Assembly: GCA_973895155.1 (NCBI GenBank)
Contig: OZ316893.1
Span: 24,045,520-24,109,519 of the forward strand
Direction: 5' to 3'
DNA: 64,000 nt
Source of the DNA: Marsupella aquatica
Taxonomy: Eukaryota > Plantae > Marchantiophyta
In this document: piece after piece, positions 1-12,531 of the stretch
Layout: every line of letters starts with the position of its first letter
Position numbering within the stretch: the first letter of the stretch is position 1
The notes under the pieces: model-generated
Seen by the model: only the letters and a program-made list of their open reading frames with translations
Databases searched by the model: none
What the model was told of the DNA's origin: nothing
Translations under genes and position numbers: made by a program

Positions 1-713
1 GTTGGTTTTGGCTGTGTGTGCCATTCCTGGTTGATTGATAGCTCCTATATTTAGTTTAGTGGTTCTATTCTTAGGGCCCCTCCTTTCCCCCTATGCCTTG
101 CTCTTATGGCAGGCTGGTTCAGAGGTCCTTTTCTCATTTTCGATGGGTGTGCACCTTCTCTCAACCCCCTTAATTGGTTTTTGCCCTCCCCAGTCCTCCT
201 TCTTTTCAGGTGGGGTCCTTGTTTTTTGGTTTTTTGGGAATAAAGTTGTCGGGAAGGTTTTGACTAATTTTTTTTTTTAAATGTTCCTTACCATATTTCT
301 TAGATTAATTTGTGACCATTAGCCCCGGATTTAAGGATAATAGTCAGGTTCTGGCTAATGAGGTTTGTGGCTAGGTGGGAAAATGGCCAATCAAGACAAA
401 AAGACTTGGCTGATTTTTGCCAAAATTGGCAAATACTTTCTAGTGAGGTGGAGTTTGGCAAATTTTCGTGACTAAAGAAAAAGTGGACAGGTATGTAAGT
501 GGGAGTTCTCATCACTCATCGTCTCTTTTGCTCTGTGGAACGGGTGGTCAGAAGAATTCACTTTGCATGTGTCATTGGAGAGTGTCTGTTTGAAAGGTGG
601 ACTATTGTACTGCAAGCCAAGGTTAAGAGCTCCACTTCAGCTGACAGGCAGATCAGACGGGAGAGAGCTTCAGTTCCATTGGAGAGTGGCTCAGCCGGTT
701 CACAGTTCTAGCT

Positions 714-3700
714 ATGGCAGCTTCTCCTTGGGCAGCTGGTACTGGGGAAATTCGCTGTCCCCTGCCTCCTCTCCTGGATCGAAATGCGAATTGTAGAAGT
801 AGTAGTGCTTTCCAGAGAAGTTCTCCCATTTCTTCATCTCATGGGTGTCCTCGTCTTACTACGATTCAAGCTATGGCAGCTCCTCCTTGGGTAGCTTCTG
901 TTGAAGAAATTTGTTCTTGGAGAAGTAACAGTGCAGTACACGGATGTTCCCCAATTGCTTCATCTTATGGGTTTCCTCCCATTACCACTGTTCATAGCCA
1001 ATGCAGTCACGGTGGGAGGGAGAGGAGTAGTGCAATTAGTGTGGGCCGCTTTCGAAGAAGAGGAGCCGGCCAGGACTCGTTCGTGGACAGGAGGGGCAAG
1101 GACATAATCAGAGCCAGAGCCGAGGATAAGAAGAAGGCGGGCGGAATCTCTTTCGGTGACCAATTGCTTGATTACATCGAAGGCAGGTCTCCATTTCGCA
1201 TTGCTTTTCCTTTAACATTCTGACTTTTGGCAACGTAATCAGGCACCACGAGAGAACGAGGGGAGAAGAAATTATGTGAATCCGGAATTGATCGATAGGA
1301 GGGACTGCGAGAAAAACATTTCTAAGACATGTCACACAAAACTTGAATTCACTTGAATTTTATTCAAAGAATGTTAAGATTCATGGACACACAATGACTC
1401 AAGTGACAGATAGTGCACGGCAGCAGGTTAGCCAGTAGGGTAATTAAGCGAGATACGAACGAAGCTGAGGTGCACGAAAATGAACGAGTGAATGCTAAGG
1501 GATTTCACTCGACCGGGATCCAAGTGGGCAATGAAACCCACATACATGAGTAGATATGCCAGCATGTTTAATCTGGGAGCAACACGCAATTGGCTCATGA
1601 AATTCTCTGACGTGATCGACACCAATGCTTCTGATTCGTGGTGACAGATATATATATCACTTACTGGTTTTCAGGGAGATAGAATGCGATGATTGCTCAG
1701 AATGCTGGAAGAAATGGCCAGAAAGGTTTTAGGAACAAAGCATGACGACACGCTAGAGAATAGTGAGCGGCACTGGATGAGCAATTGGCCTCTTTTGAAT
1801 CTTCGTATTGGTCCCTGAAGGTTGACGGAGTAATGTTTGAAATTATGGCAAGGATTTTCAAATCAGGATAAAGAGAGAATCACACGGAGTTCAGACTACC
1901 CAATCTGGCGGAAACAGATGTCGGACAGCACAGCAAGCCCACAGATGACTAGCATTCAGGAGACCACCAAATTGGTTTTCTGAGATACAAACCAGACTTT
2001 TGCAGACTCTTGGTCAAAAGGGGCCTAAACGATATACATCCCGCAGGTGGTCCGAAGCTGCGGAAGTGGTATGGAGCACCTGACCAGCTTCCGAAAGATG
2101 GCGGCAAGAAGAAGGAGCAAAAACCTGAAGGTGAGCGTAGTGTGAGGGGCTAATGAAGCCAGCATAGCATTGTCACTCAAAGTAAAAGAAGAGCATATCT
2201 GGTGCTGCTACTAATGTATCTCTAACTCGAAAGGCAAGTTGAAGTGCCCCAGCCAATAGGAGCCTAATTGAAGTCAATTGGAATATCTCCTGTTGCCATT
2301 CCCAGAGCCAGTAGAAGGGAAGGATGAGGATAACGAGGACTTGGTTCGAGACGTGGTGCTCGTCACAGATGCTGAAAGCGCGACAGGCCAGGTACTTATC
2401 TTTCTGTGCAGTTACGTGTCAATGCGTTTAGTCTATTTTCAAGTCGTCCCTGCTGTGAATAATGTGGTAATTGTCTCAAACATAATAGGAGAGCAACCGT
2501 AATGTTTATTAGCACATATGTTGCCTTACTACAGTCTCATGGGTTGCTGTTATGTTTATTCTGCTCACCGCGTATTAATTTCTGTTCCTTGATCAGTAAA
2601 GGGATGCCTGAAATGAAATGAAATGAAATTTGATTTTAATCTAATGGAAGTCTCCACCGCAATTTGGTTGCAAAGGATGTCTGTTTCTGAAAACTTTGTA
2701 CGTTTGTAGGCCCCGGTTAAATCTTTCATTTCATTTCAGGCCCGAATGTCGGAAGTCTGCGGTTAACAATTCGTTAAAGGACGCAGTAAAGTTCAAAACT
2801 TTGATGGCAATTTGTTGACAGTTGGTGGTTTTGGAGCTCATTTTGAGAAGGTTACGAGTACGTGCCCTGGTGAAAGATATAAAGGCGGCCACAGTGGGCT
2901 TCGGTGCCTATGTTGAGGTAGGCCTAATGTCTCGTTCTAAGTTTCTAGTCGGTTCAGAATAGACTAGTGAGTGTTCATCTGGGTTTGGTCTTCCTTAGTA
3001 CTTTGCAGGCAGTCTTTCCTGTTAGCAACATGATCTTCACCACAGATGAACCTTCAAGTCTAGTTCTCGCAGTATTGGCATAAATGGGTACAGGCTATCA
3101 CACTGCATTCCTTCAATCTTTTGTAGATTGCTCCAGAAGGTGGGTGCCCACTTGAGCCCTTTACTTGGCCTCTTATATCACGTTTGGTTTATGTTTTGGG
3201 GCAAGCAAAGCCAGTGGAAGGAGATGTAAATGACAAGGAAGTCTTACAAAGGGTTATGAGGGGAGTTCGTGCTGTCATATGCCCCACCAAGGTAGGCAAC
3301 ATTATGCCTTGAACCATGAACCCTTCCCAAGGTAACTTTTAGTATAATTCTGCGCACAGGCTTTCAAGATACCACTGGAAATGATCTAGACCTTCGTGTG
3401 GCATGGAAGTTTTCTTTTGGGTCACTTGTAAATGATGTCAAGTTGTGTGTAACAAGCGAGACGTGTCTGATCTAACTTGTTGCAGCTGGATGCCAACTTG
3501 GCAGGTGGGAAAACTTGCAGATAGTGAACTTCTGAAAGGAGTAGAACACATTGTCCTTCTTTCCAAAGTATATCTCAACGATCCTCTCAAGGATGATCCA
3601 ATCTTGTGTCTTCATCGCTTTGATTCACTTTCATTGATAAGCTGTAGCTCAATTGCATGGATTGACGGAAAGGAGTGTGTCTACGGAAACCTCACCATTG

Positions 3701-4351
3701 ATTGAAGGAGTAATTAAGGGTGTGCAGTTGGCTGTCAATAGGAATCAAGGTGGCTTAGGAGCGCTGTTTGGTGGCCTAAGCAACCGTGATGCCGAGGAAA
3801 ATGAAGCAGCTATAGCATCGCTGGGGATTCCTTACACGATCGTGAGGGCAGGTTCGCTGAAGGACGTAGAAGGAGGCCAGCTTGGATTCCGCTATGGACA
3901 GGTCAAGACACGACATAGTTTTCTGCTTCTTCGTCGTCGTTCTTGTGCATCCTCAAAGGGGTTCATCTACTAACATGTAACACCTCTGTTAAACAGGATG
4001 GCGATGTGCAGGGCTCCATCAGCAGAGAAGATGCTGCGTATGTCTGTGTAGAAGCACTTGACTCACCACCGCAAAAGGCTCTTGTTTTTGAGGTACTTAT
4101 GTTTGCTTGGTCCTTCCGTGGTCTGCTTTCAGCAATTTAATCTCTGATCGACTTTTGTTGAGCGAAGAAGAGGCAGACGATGCTATTGCACAGTAAAGAG
4201 GTCCTCTTGCTCGAGAAAATATTCTGTTAACACTTGGACTAATCCCAGTGTTGGCTCAATCTTTCAGGTAGCCAATGGCAGAGAGGAAGTTGAGGACTGG
4301 AGTGCTGTTCTAACATCTATGCAGGAAACAATTACTGCCAGTGGGTCTTAG
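714..4351 (+). CDS. Plastid-targeted NAD(P)-binding Rossmann-fold (atypical SDR) protein, similar from memory to Arabidopsis At1g72640. 9 exons: 714-1182, 2047-2130, 2306-2391, 2822-2917, 3211-3291, 3505-3567, 3728-3901, 3997-4092, 4268-4351
   Basis: Exons join in frame to give FGDQLLDYIEGGPKLRKWYGAPD, DVVLVTDAESATGQLVVLELILRRLRVRALVKD, IPYTIVRAGSL, GSISREDAAYVCVEAL and FEVANG, ending at TAG 4349-4351. Introns are GT-AG except intron 1 (GC-AG). The N-terminus is Ser/Arg-rich like a transit peptide. Confidence 0.88.
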
Positions 4352-5565
4352 CAGGGCCCTTAAGAATTCTGGAAACTCATCCTCTCTGCTTTGAATTATT
4401 GTCTCATTATTCTCAAAATTTATTTCAATGTGATCCTGGGATAGCTAAGTGCTGTTTAGAGGCCAGGTCATCAATGTTTGTAAATCGCTGCCTAATTCGA
4501 CGAAGGAATGACGTAGATCTGACAAATGGAACAGACTCTCCGGTCTTGCACAGTGGAGTTGGCTCTAGACAATGGGTAGATTAGAACCTATCATTTCCTC
4601 CACGGTTAGCCCTGAGGTCAGATAAGGAGTTGTCAGTTGTGCCTGTATTGGATACGTTCAAGATTCAATAAATTGTAGGTGAAGTTGTAGCTCTCGACGG
4701 AAATTATCATGGTCATTCTTGCGGAGTACGTTTCATTTCTTATGTAAAAATAAAATTCTGTCTCTTCCTTTTGGCAGGAGAACCTGCCACCAAGTATATA
4801 TGAAACAGTTTAAATCTAAATAGAACCAAAATTTGAGGGCAATGATTTATATTTTAGTCGGCATTCTTAAAAAGGGTTTTGATTTGGTCAACACTCATCT
4901 TAAGTCCACATTTCAAATCTCCTCCCAAAATCATACAGTTTTCTGTTCTTCTGTCTAAACCTACAGTATATCCTTCTCAAGTAAGCACAAATCATAGATT
5001 GAAAATTCTGAAATCGTGACACGAAAAAAACAACTCCTTTGCTATTTTGGCATGATCGTGTGTCATTTGTGTGGCTGATTTGAGTGTTCATCTACCGTCT
5101 CATCCCCCAGCCAAGATAGTCCACACACCAAGTTTGAGTATTACCGTCTCACGGTTAACTGTTGAGCCGTCCTGATCCGCATGCCAATTTGATGTGTTCA
5201 CTTTATGATTTTTGCACTCTTTACGGGCCCACTATGGATCCGTCGTAATTAATACACCAATTTTGAGGTTCACTTAACCGTCTCACCACTTTCAATGGCT
5301 GTCAGAATCTGCACGGCCATTTGGAATGCTCACCGGGGACCTCTATGTAATCTACTACAATTCAGGAATGGAACCTCAAAAGTGTCATCGATACAGTCAC
5401 CACGATCTGCCCATCCACCATTTTAGGACTAGTGCTGTCTTGCATGTAGGCAGCCCTCAAATTTTGGCCATTACTTTTCCCTGAAAACTGCACTGGAGAA
5501 ACAAATAGAATATCCTTGCAGTGCTATGTGTCACGTGAGCAATCTTGTCACCTGAACAATCTTTA

Positions 5566-7031
5566 CAGACCCCATTAGGGGTCCTTTGCAAAATTCCTGG
5601 CTACAGACCCCATTAGGGGTCTTTTGCAAAATTCATGGCTTCACAGGATGCCACCGGAAGAGATTTGTTTTTGGATAAAATTAACTTTTGCATTCATGTT
5701 TGTGACAAGTTTTATGTAAAAACTGGGGCACCATATCATTAAAAAGAATTTTTAAAAATTGACATGGAAATCAGAAGACAAAAAAATTGAGGTAAAATTG
5801 CTTCCAATAACTGTTTTATTTACATTTTAATTTTATTCAAAACATACATTTCTCGATAGCAATTTTCAATTTGACATTGCTGAATAAAATCATAATGAAA
5901 ATTCACGTATAATATGACATTAGAAAGATCTTGAAGAGACGGTCCTGATGAGCTCAACATTGTCATCATTCGATAAGAATTGAATAAGTAATTTGAAAAA
6001 TAAAATTTTCATGTGATTTCATAATCTCTAACGTGAATAGAAATCTTTGTTGTACAACCCCTGAAATGTTGACCCCCTCCATGAAAATGAACCTAAAATT
6101 GACAGATTTTATTGAGTATTAAGGAGATTATGAATTTTAAAATTCTTTAGCTTTTAATGAACTTAACATTGATAGATTTAGTTGAGTTGTGAGTAAATTA
6201 TAAGTTTCAAATGTTCTTTAGCTTTCCAATGAATGTAACATTGGGAGATTTTATCAAGTACTAAAGTGGTTATGAGTTTCTAAATTTCTTTAGCTTTCGA
6301 TTGATTCCAAATTCCACAATTGGAGATTTATTTCCATGAAACTTTTTGTCTTAAATGATTATGCAAAGTTAATGTTTTGATGACACCAATGACTTCTCTC
6401 TCTTCGTCTATCTGCATGCAAGAATTGAAAGTGATTACTTTCGATGCAACTTGAGTGCATCCAGCATCCCGTCGGTACCGTGGAAGAAACTGTCGACTCG
6501 GGGGGTTGACTATCAAAAATCTTGGGAATCACGTGCAATCCAAAATAGGTATTTTTGATATGAATTAACTAAATTTTTAAAAAACATAGGAGGCAAAAGG
6601 AGGTATTATAAACTCATGTTCATAGAATATTCTCTAATATATACTTTTTATAAAGTAAAATAAATTATTAATATTAAAATAGAGAATATTTTTGAGATAT
6701 TTTTTTTATAAAATAAGTCTATTTATATTAGGCTAGGATCGCACGTGGTACCCCAAAATATACACTTAGTTAACCCCGCGAGACTGTCGAGCACACTTTT
6801 GTTAAAGTGGACAATTAAGCTACCCACACATTTAACATAGTTCACATTGGAGCTGGTTTTACTATTGATGTTAATTATGGTTGCCTTGGTAAGTTTGGCA
6901 ACTGTTTCAAGTGTCAAACATTGACTTGTCCATTTTTGAATTTTTTTCTTTAGATTTGGAGGTCCATCTAGGCTTCAGTTTCTAGATAAGTGCCTCTAAA
7001 ATAACATGGGGGTCCACGGATTAATTTAGTC
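5566..7031. mobile_element. Dispersed AT-rich non-coding repeat, copy A (second copy at about 45316-46455); possibly a non-autonomous Helitron-like element
   Basis: Collinear similarity with 45316-46455, e.g. tgtttttggataaaattaa, tatttacattttaa, aatatgacatt.gaaagatcttgaagaga and tccatctaggcttcagtttctagataa. Both copies end near catgggggtccacgg...tag|t. A 38-bp tandem duplication lies at 5565-5640. Confidence 0.7.
6497..6782. mobile_element. 286-bp MITE with 8-bp TSD (hAT-like) nested in repeat copy A
   Basis: TSD ACTGTCGA at 6489-6496 and 6783-6790. TIRs CTCGGGGGGTTGACTA and TAGTTAACCCCGCGAG match 14/16. Copy B has the empty site (accatcga at about 46205). Confidence 0.88.
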
Positions 7032-7231
7032 TTCCTGCTTAAGTTTGTCTCATTTTGTTTTGTTCATGATTTTAAGATCGTGCCTCAAATGCCGCCCTCA
7101 CTTTCCTATCTCCTGGCCTTGTTATGGACAGGATAATGGCAGTCTGGTCTGGGTTACTAGCCTGTACCCCTCGAACTAGAAAGTGAGTAAAACTTGACCA
7201 GCAGCAATAGGAGAAACTTTTCTTGGCTTAC

Positions 7232-8582
7232 TTTTCTTGGCTTTCTTGGAACAGGATTCAGGCTAGAACCCCTCTCCAGACCTTTATTATAGGAAGTTAT
7301 TATTGTCCAGGAAAAGGTTACTTCAGAGCAAGAGATTATGGGAGTAACAGGTAGTTCTGAAAGTGGTAGATCCTTAGAGTAATTTTTCTTGGCTTTCTTG
7401 GAACAAGGTTCAGGTTAGAACCCCTACCCAGACCTTCATAACAGTAAAAAGGTTATTTTAGGAACAGGTACTTCCTAAAATAGTATACCCTTAGAGTTTG
7501 CAAAAACAAAACCATTACAGTTGGACCTACTGTGACCCAAATCAGGGTGAGTTGACTCCTATGTAGACAGGGTTCTAGGGTGAGGTGAACATGGTCTCTC
7601 AGGTTTAGAACAAGGGCTGAAATTGCCTGAATAATATCAGGATGTGCTTTGCTCCAAGTCTTGGGCAGTTTTCCTGGACTAGAATGAGACAACTCTGAGT
7701 TCACAACATTGGCTCACAACCTCAAGTAGAGTTTCATGAATCTTTGTGTGTCTATGTACTATTGTTCATTTTTTGGGCTTAAGAGCAATGATGACCTTTC
7801 ATTTTTCTATTGTCATACCAGAGATTAAACTGGACAAATCTGTCTGGCCTGGGATTGAGCTTGAGACCCCTACTCGCAAGCCACCCTTGGCCATTGACCT
7901 AACCACAAGTCACCCATGGTCCCTTGACCTAACGGCAAGTCACTCCTTGTCTTTTGATCTAAAGCACCAGTCTACTCTACCATATGAGGGGTTAAGCTTG
8001 AGAACTGCTAACCATGAGTCACCATATATATCACAATGCCAAAAGACAAAAACACCAGACCAGGACACATAATCTCACAGGCAAAAAGACCAAAAATGAC
8101 CACCAAGTCAAGGAGTCATTCACAAGAACAAAAAGTCCACTAAGTAAGAAGCAAAGAATTAAAAAAAATTAAAAAGTTTGGTAGAGCTCCAGAGTAAACG
8201 GCATAGAAAGGTCACTCAAGTAGAATATATGGTCACTCAAGGAGAATATATACATGGCCCTAAAAGGTAATCGGCATAGGAAGGTCACTCAAGGAGAATA
8301 TATCCATGGCATTAAAATCTGCTATCTTGGATCAATTAAGAAATGGGAAAAAGAATCTGTCTAGCAGGCCCTTAAATCAGCTATCTTGGCTCCACCAAGA
8401 ATGGGAAAAGATTGAGCCCTCTAAAATGCAACCCACACGCTCTGTCCAAAGAAGGCCTAAAGAAGCCCTGATGACTCAAAGAAGGGATAAGGCCCTCTAA
8501 AATGTAACCCACACGCTCTATCTAAAAGAGGCCTAAAGAAGGCCTAAAGAAGCCCTGATGACTCAAAGAGGGGATAAGGCCT
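7232..8582. repeat. Cluster of local direct duplications
   Basis: ttttcttggctttcttggaaca...agaacccct..ccagacctt at about 7232 and 7385. ggtcactcaag.agaatatat occurs three times at 8210-8302. ccctctaaaatg.aacccacacgctct...aagaagccctgatgactcaaaga.gggataaggcc occurs twice at 8417-8581. Confidence 0.7.
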
Positions 8583-8890
8583 CCATACAAAAAACGGCAT
8601 TAAGTCACCCCTCCCGCCTTGAGCTAACCACCACCAGGTGGTTTATCGCGGTTTTTTTTTTCTCGTCCGTGGAGCGGAAGAAGCCTGCCCGAGGAGGAAG
8701 CAATCGGCTTTCTGTTCTCCAGCGGGTAGAAGGTGAGTGCCCAGCGTCAAGGCGCTCATCAAGCAAACAGTCCTCTGTTTGTAGACACCGCATTTCCTCG
8801 ATGCTTTCGTCGGTGATGTGGTTGCTGATCGTCGTGCTCGTGGACCCCGCGCCCTCGCATTCGTAGCCAGCCTCGCTGCCGCCCTAAGCT

Positions 8891-8915
8891 TTGCGTTGCG
8901 TTGCGTTGCGTTGCG
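8891..8915. repeat. (TTGCG)5 microsatellite
   Basis: ttgcg repeated five times in tandem. Confidence 0.9.
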
Positions 8916-9299
8916 TGTTCTTTGCTTGCAGAAATCGAGTTGCAGAAATCGAGTCGGTGTAGGAGGCTCCGGAACGAAGAAGGAGCAGCAGCAGCAGCTT
9001 TGGTGGTCGAAGGCGATTGGTTTCGGTTGTGGTGGTGGTGATGGTGGTGCAGATTGGTGGCAGATCGGTCGACGACAGGCAAATTACGAGATCTTGTTGC
9101 CGCTGTGTGTGTGCAGGCGTGCTTCCTCTTCGTGTGTGGTGTGTAGATCGATCGTCGGGCCATCGTTGGTAAGACGTTTCCTGGAATCGACTCGAATCGG
9201 ATCAAGACGAGACGCCTTCACTTCTTCGGATCGGAGAACTACATTTCAACTTACCTGACAAGCCAGTCAAACCAAAATAGCCAAAGACAGCCACGGACA

Positions 9300-10450
9300 G
9301 TCGACAAACCTTTGACCAAAATCCCGTTACAACGTATTCTATTCCTGTTCTCCATGTGAGCTCGACGGACCTACGAACGACGGATTCATCCTTGCCAGAC
9401 GAGGTTAAATTGTGTGTTGACTTCCCCAGGGTGACGAGAATTGTTGCCGAAACCGCATCGGAAAGATCGCAATCGTAGACCTGCTTGACTTTCGTGACCA
9501 GTGCGGGGATACTACTGTACCGACGTGAACTGGGAATGACGGAAGGCCTGTTGATGTTTGGCTGTGTTTCTCGTTGACCTTCATCTTTAGGAACAGGAGA
9601 TTTGGTGTTCCTTTGGCTTCTTCTCGGAAGCCATCTGGATCAGAAGAGGAAGAAGAGAGGGAGATCGAAGGACTCGTAGCCGATCGGCTGTCCGTCGTCT
9701 CTGTCCGGGAACGGAAGTGAGCTTGTGGAAGGTGACGGAGGTTGTTGAAAGTGACGGAGAAGCTTGGGCGGAAGAGGAAGCTTGTAGGGAGAAGGGGAGG
9801 GAGGCTGGGAGTGAGGATGCAACCGACCGAGTTAGACTTGAGCGAAGTCAGCTATCTGGATCGACTCTCGAAATCCTTGTTTGTTTGGTGTGAGGTGTTC
9901 GCTCGGACTAATGTTAGAGTCCCGTTGATCACCAGCCCAAGTTTATGGTGAAATGCTCACCGTAAACACTTGACCATTCGTTCAATCCATCGCTTTCGAA
10001 AGTCTGCTGCACCGCCGAAAGCAGGTAGGTATACAACCACGTGATCCGGATACACTTAGCCTTTCGACCTCGATTCCAAGAGGATAAGAACGGAGCCTCG
10101 CGCGGGTGCGTCATCGGACAAACCGGCCTTTAGAATACAGGCGTCAGCGGAAATCTTCTCACGTTTAGCTCTTTTGACTTCTTCCGTGCAAATCTGAAAC
10201 AATCCATCAATTCTTCTGGAGAGTGGAGAGGAACGTGAAGAAAATTGTTCGCAATTTCTTGAAATCCCTTTGGAGTTCATCTCGAAGTTGCGGACCTACT
10301 TCCTCCTCGTTCATGCAGTCTTGCCTCTCCTGGCAGCAGAGATCTTCCTAGAGCATAGCTCTCTTTATGTGAGTATCCATTCCGTAGACTACACTATCTT
10401 AGGTTCACTCCGTCCTTCAAGTCCATCGCATGGTGACCTGTTCACCATCT
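9300..10450 (-). pseudogene. Possible highly degraded Ty3/gypsy gag-protease relic
   Basis: Minus-strand fragments DELQRDFKKLRTIFF, KGRFVR*, PNLLFLKMKVNEK and GIEYVVTGFW appear in gag-to-protease order. No intact DSG/DTG motif and no LTRs are seen. Confidence 0.25.
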
Positions 10451-12531
10451 TCTCCAGTCTTTGACTATCGTTTGTGCAGGACTTTCCATATGGATTGATA
10501 CAGAACGATGTATCAAATGCTGGCCATCGTCTAGTGGCCTGCGGTTCCTTGAGATTTCGATACGCACTGCTGTATCAGATGGTGGCCATTTTCGAGAGGC
10601 CCAATCGTTTTCTGTCTTTTCACCTGTTTATATTTTTCTTGGCATGTTACTGTTGCGGTACGATGAGGCACGAATGTAGCTTCCAGATATGTTGGTCTCC
10701 GCCGTCTGTTTTATTTCCTCCCACTATTGCTACTGCTACTCATTTCAGAACTTGTGGCAGCAATGGTGGCCGATTGCTATCTTTCAACGAAAAGTCTATA
10801 ATTAAAGTTGGGCGGGAAGGAGTGTGCGAAGACGGTTGTTGGGAGAAGAAGTGGCTGAGTCCCCATGTCGAGAAGAAGAAAACGGGGGACATAACATGTT
10901 GGGAGAGTTGTTGTGGGAGTATGTTGCAGCGAAGGCCCCATTTGTTGTTGAATAACTCTTGAGTAATAATGAATTGATGGAGAATTAATGAAAGAATGGA
11001 ATGGCTCCGGATCGATCCTGATCTGTTGGACGGAGTGGTCGATTAGGCGGTGCACTATTAAGCATCCAAGAGACGAGAGATGTGCCGAGTTAATTTCTTA
11101 CCTGGACTATCGAAGATTCGACAATAGACTACTAATACCTCACGAATCCATTTGTGGATGCCTGGAGTACCAAGCCCTACCCATACATACTGTAGTTAAT
11201 TCCTGTGCTATACACACTAAACGGCCCTTGGTTGGTCCCTTCAACCTGGGGCAGGCGTGGAACATTCCTTTCGACTCCAATTCCGTCTAGCCTACTGAGT
11301 GCGCCACTGGAGATTCGAACGTTTGGTAATTGAAAAGGGTTGTCAGGCATAAGGTTTGTTCATAGAATTGTGGCTCGAAGGAGGCAGTTGTCAGGAGTCG
11401 TGACAGGCAAAGAGAAGTGATTTGGGAAGAAGAAGAGAAGTGGAGGTTTGAAGTTTTGGGGTGGGAAGTCGGTGAGAACTGGATTGGGATGGGGAGCTGA
11501 AGAGGAGGAGAAGGAGAAGGAAGTTGATGGCAGCCAAGTTGTGAAGCTTTTCTTCTCAAATTTGAGGTACCTATGTGAGCTCACATTTCTGTACAGTAGC
11601 AACCCAAAAACCGGTAAGGGGAGTTGGGGTTACTGGACGGGGAAGTGCGGTGATCGCAATCACCACGATCAATTTTATTGGAGGTTCTGTTTGAGAAACT
11701 TTTGGGGGAGCCGGAAGGTAACCTGCCTAAGAAGAGGCAACACGTCCAATTGGAAGTTCTATTTGGGAGAAAATTCGGGGAGGTGAGTAGGGAAGTTATC
11801 TAAGAGGAGACAAGACGGATAAGAAATCTTCTTCACCAGATTGTCGTCCAGCATACTCGTTCCATCACGGCATCCGAGACCGCGTGTCTTTTCCTGCTTC
11901 AGCTTTGAGCTCGCGGAATCATGTAGAACGACTACTCTCGGCATGGTCGATTTGTGAGAAGTGAGCAACACGACGAAGCGGCAGGTTGGAGACCTCATGG
12001 TCTTCACTGAGAACCAGGTTCATCGAGTCTACTTGCTGAGGCGGGAGTGTGGAGGCTATGTCTCAGTGCTTGTTTTGTCTTTGTTGTCGGGGCAAACTAC
12101 CGGCATCTTCCACTGTGTTCAAGTTTCTCGCGCCGCTTCTTGTGTGTTAGTATTGTAGCGTGGGCAGCGTCTTTGAAGAGTCGAGTCTTGTAGGTTGGTG
12201 AGCAAGCGAAGTAGTTGAATCTAGTCTTGTATAGGGGAAGAGTTCTTTGATCAGCCGAGGTGAAGTCTAGCCTTTTCTGTTGAGGGTGTTAAATGATTGA
12301 GATTTGGTTCCTGTTTAAGGTTAAGGTTTGTTCCACACGTTTAAAGTTTAGGTTTTTCTCACCCTAGGATTTCAAGCACTGTCTGCTACTGTAGCTTGTT
12401 AATCAGTGGTGCTTGTCCGGTGTCACTTGGGCTCTTTTATTCTTGTGAATTGAAGAACCTAAGAGCAGCTGGAACATTGGTCATTTCTTGTTTGTTTTAG
12501 TCTTTCTTGAAAAGTGTCATCCTCTTTCGTT

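Noticed and set aside
8759-9258. Overlapping His-rich and Gln/Gly-rich ORFs
   Set aside because: Generated by simple repeats (ttgcg, cag, ggt), typical of UTR or intron sequence, with no domain motifs.
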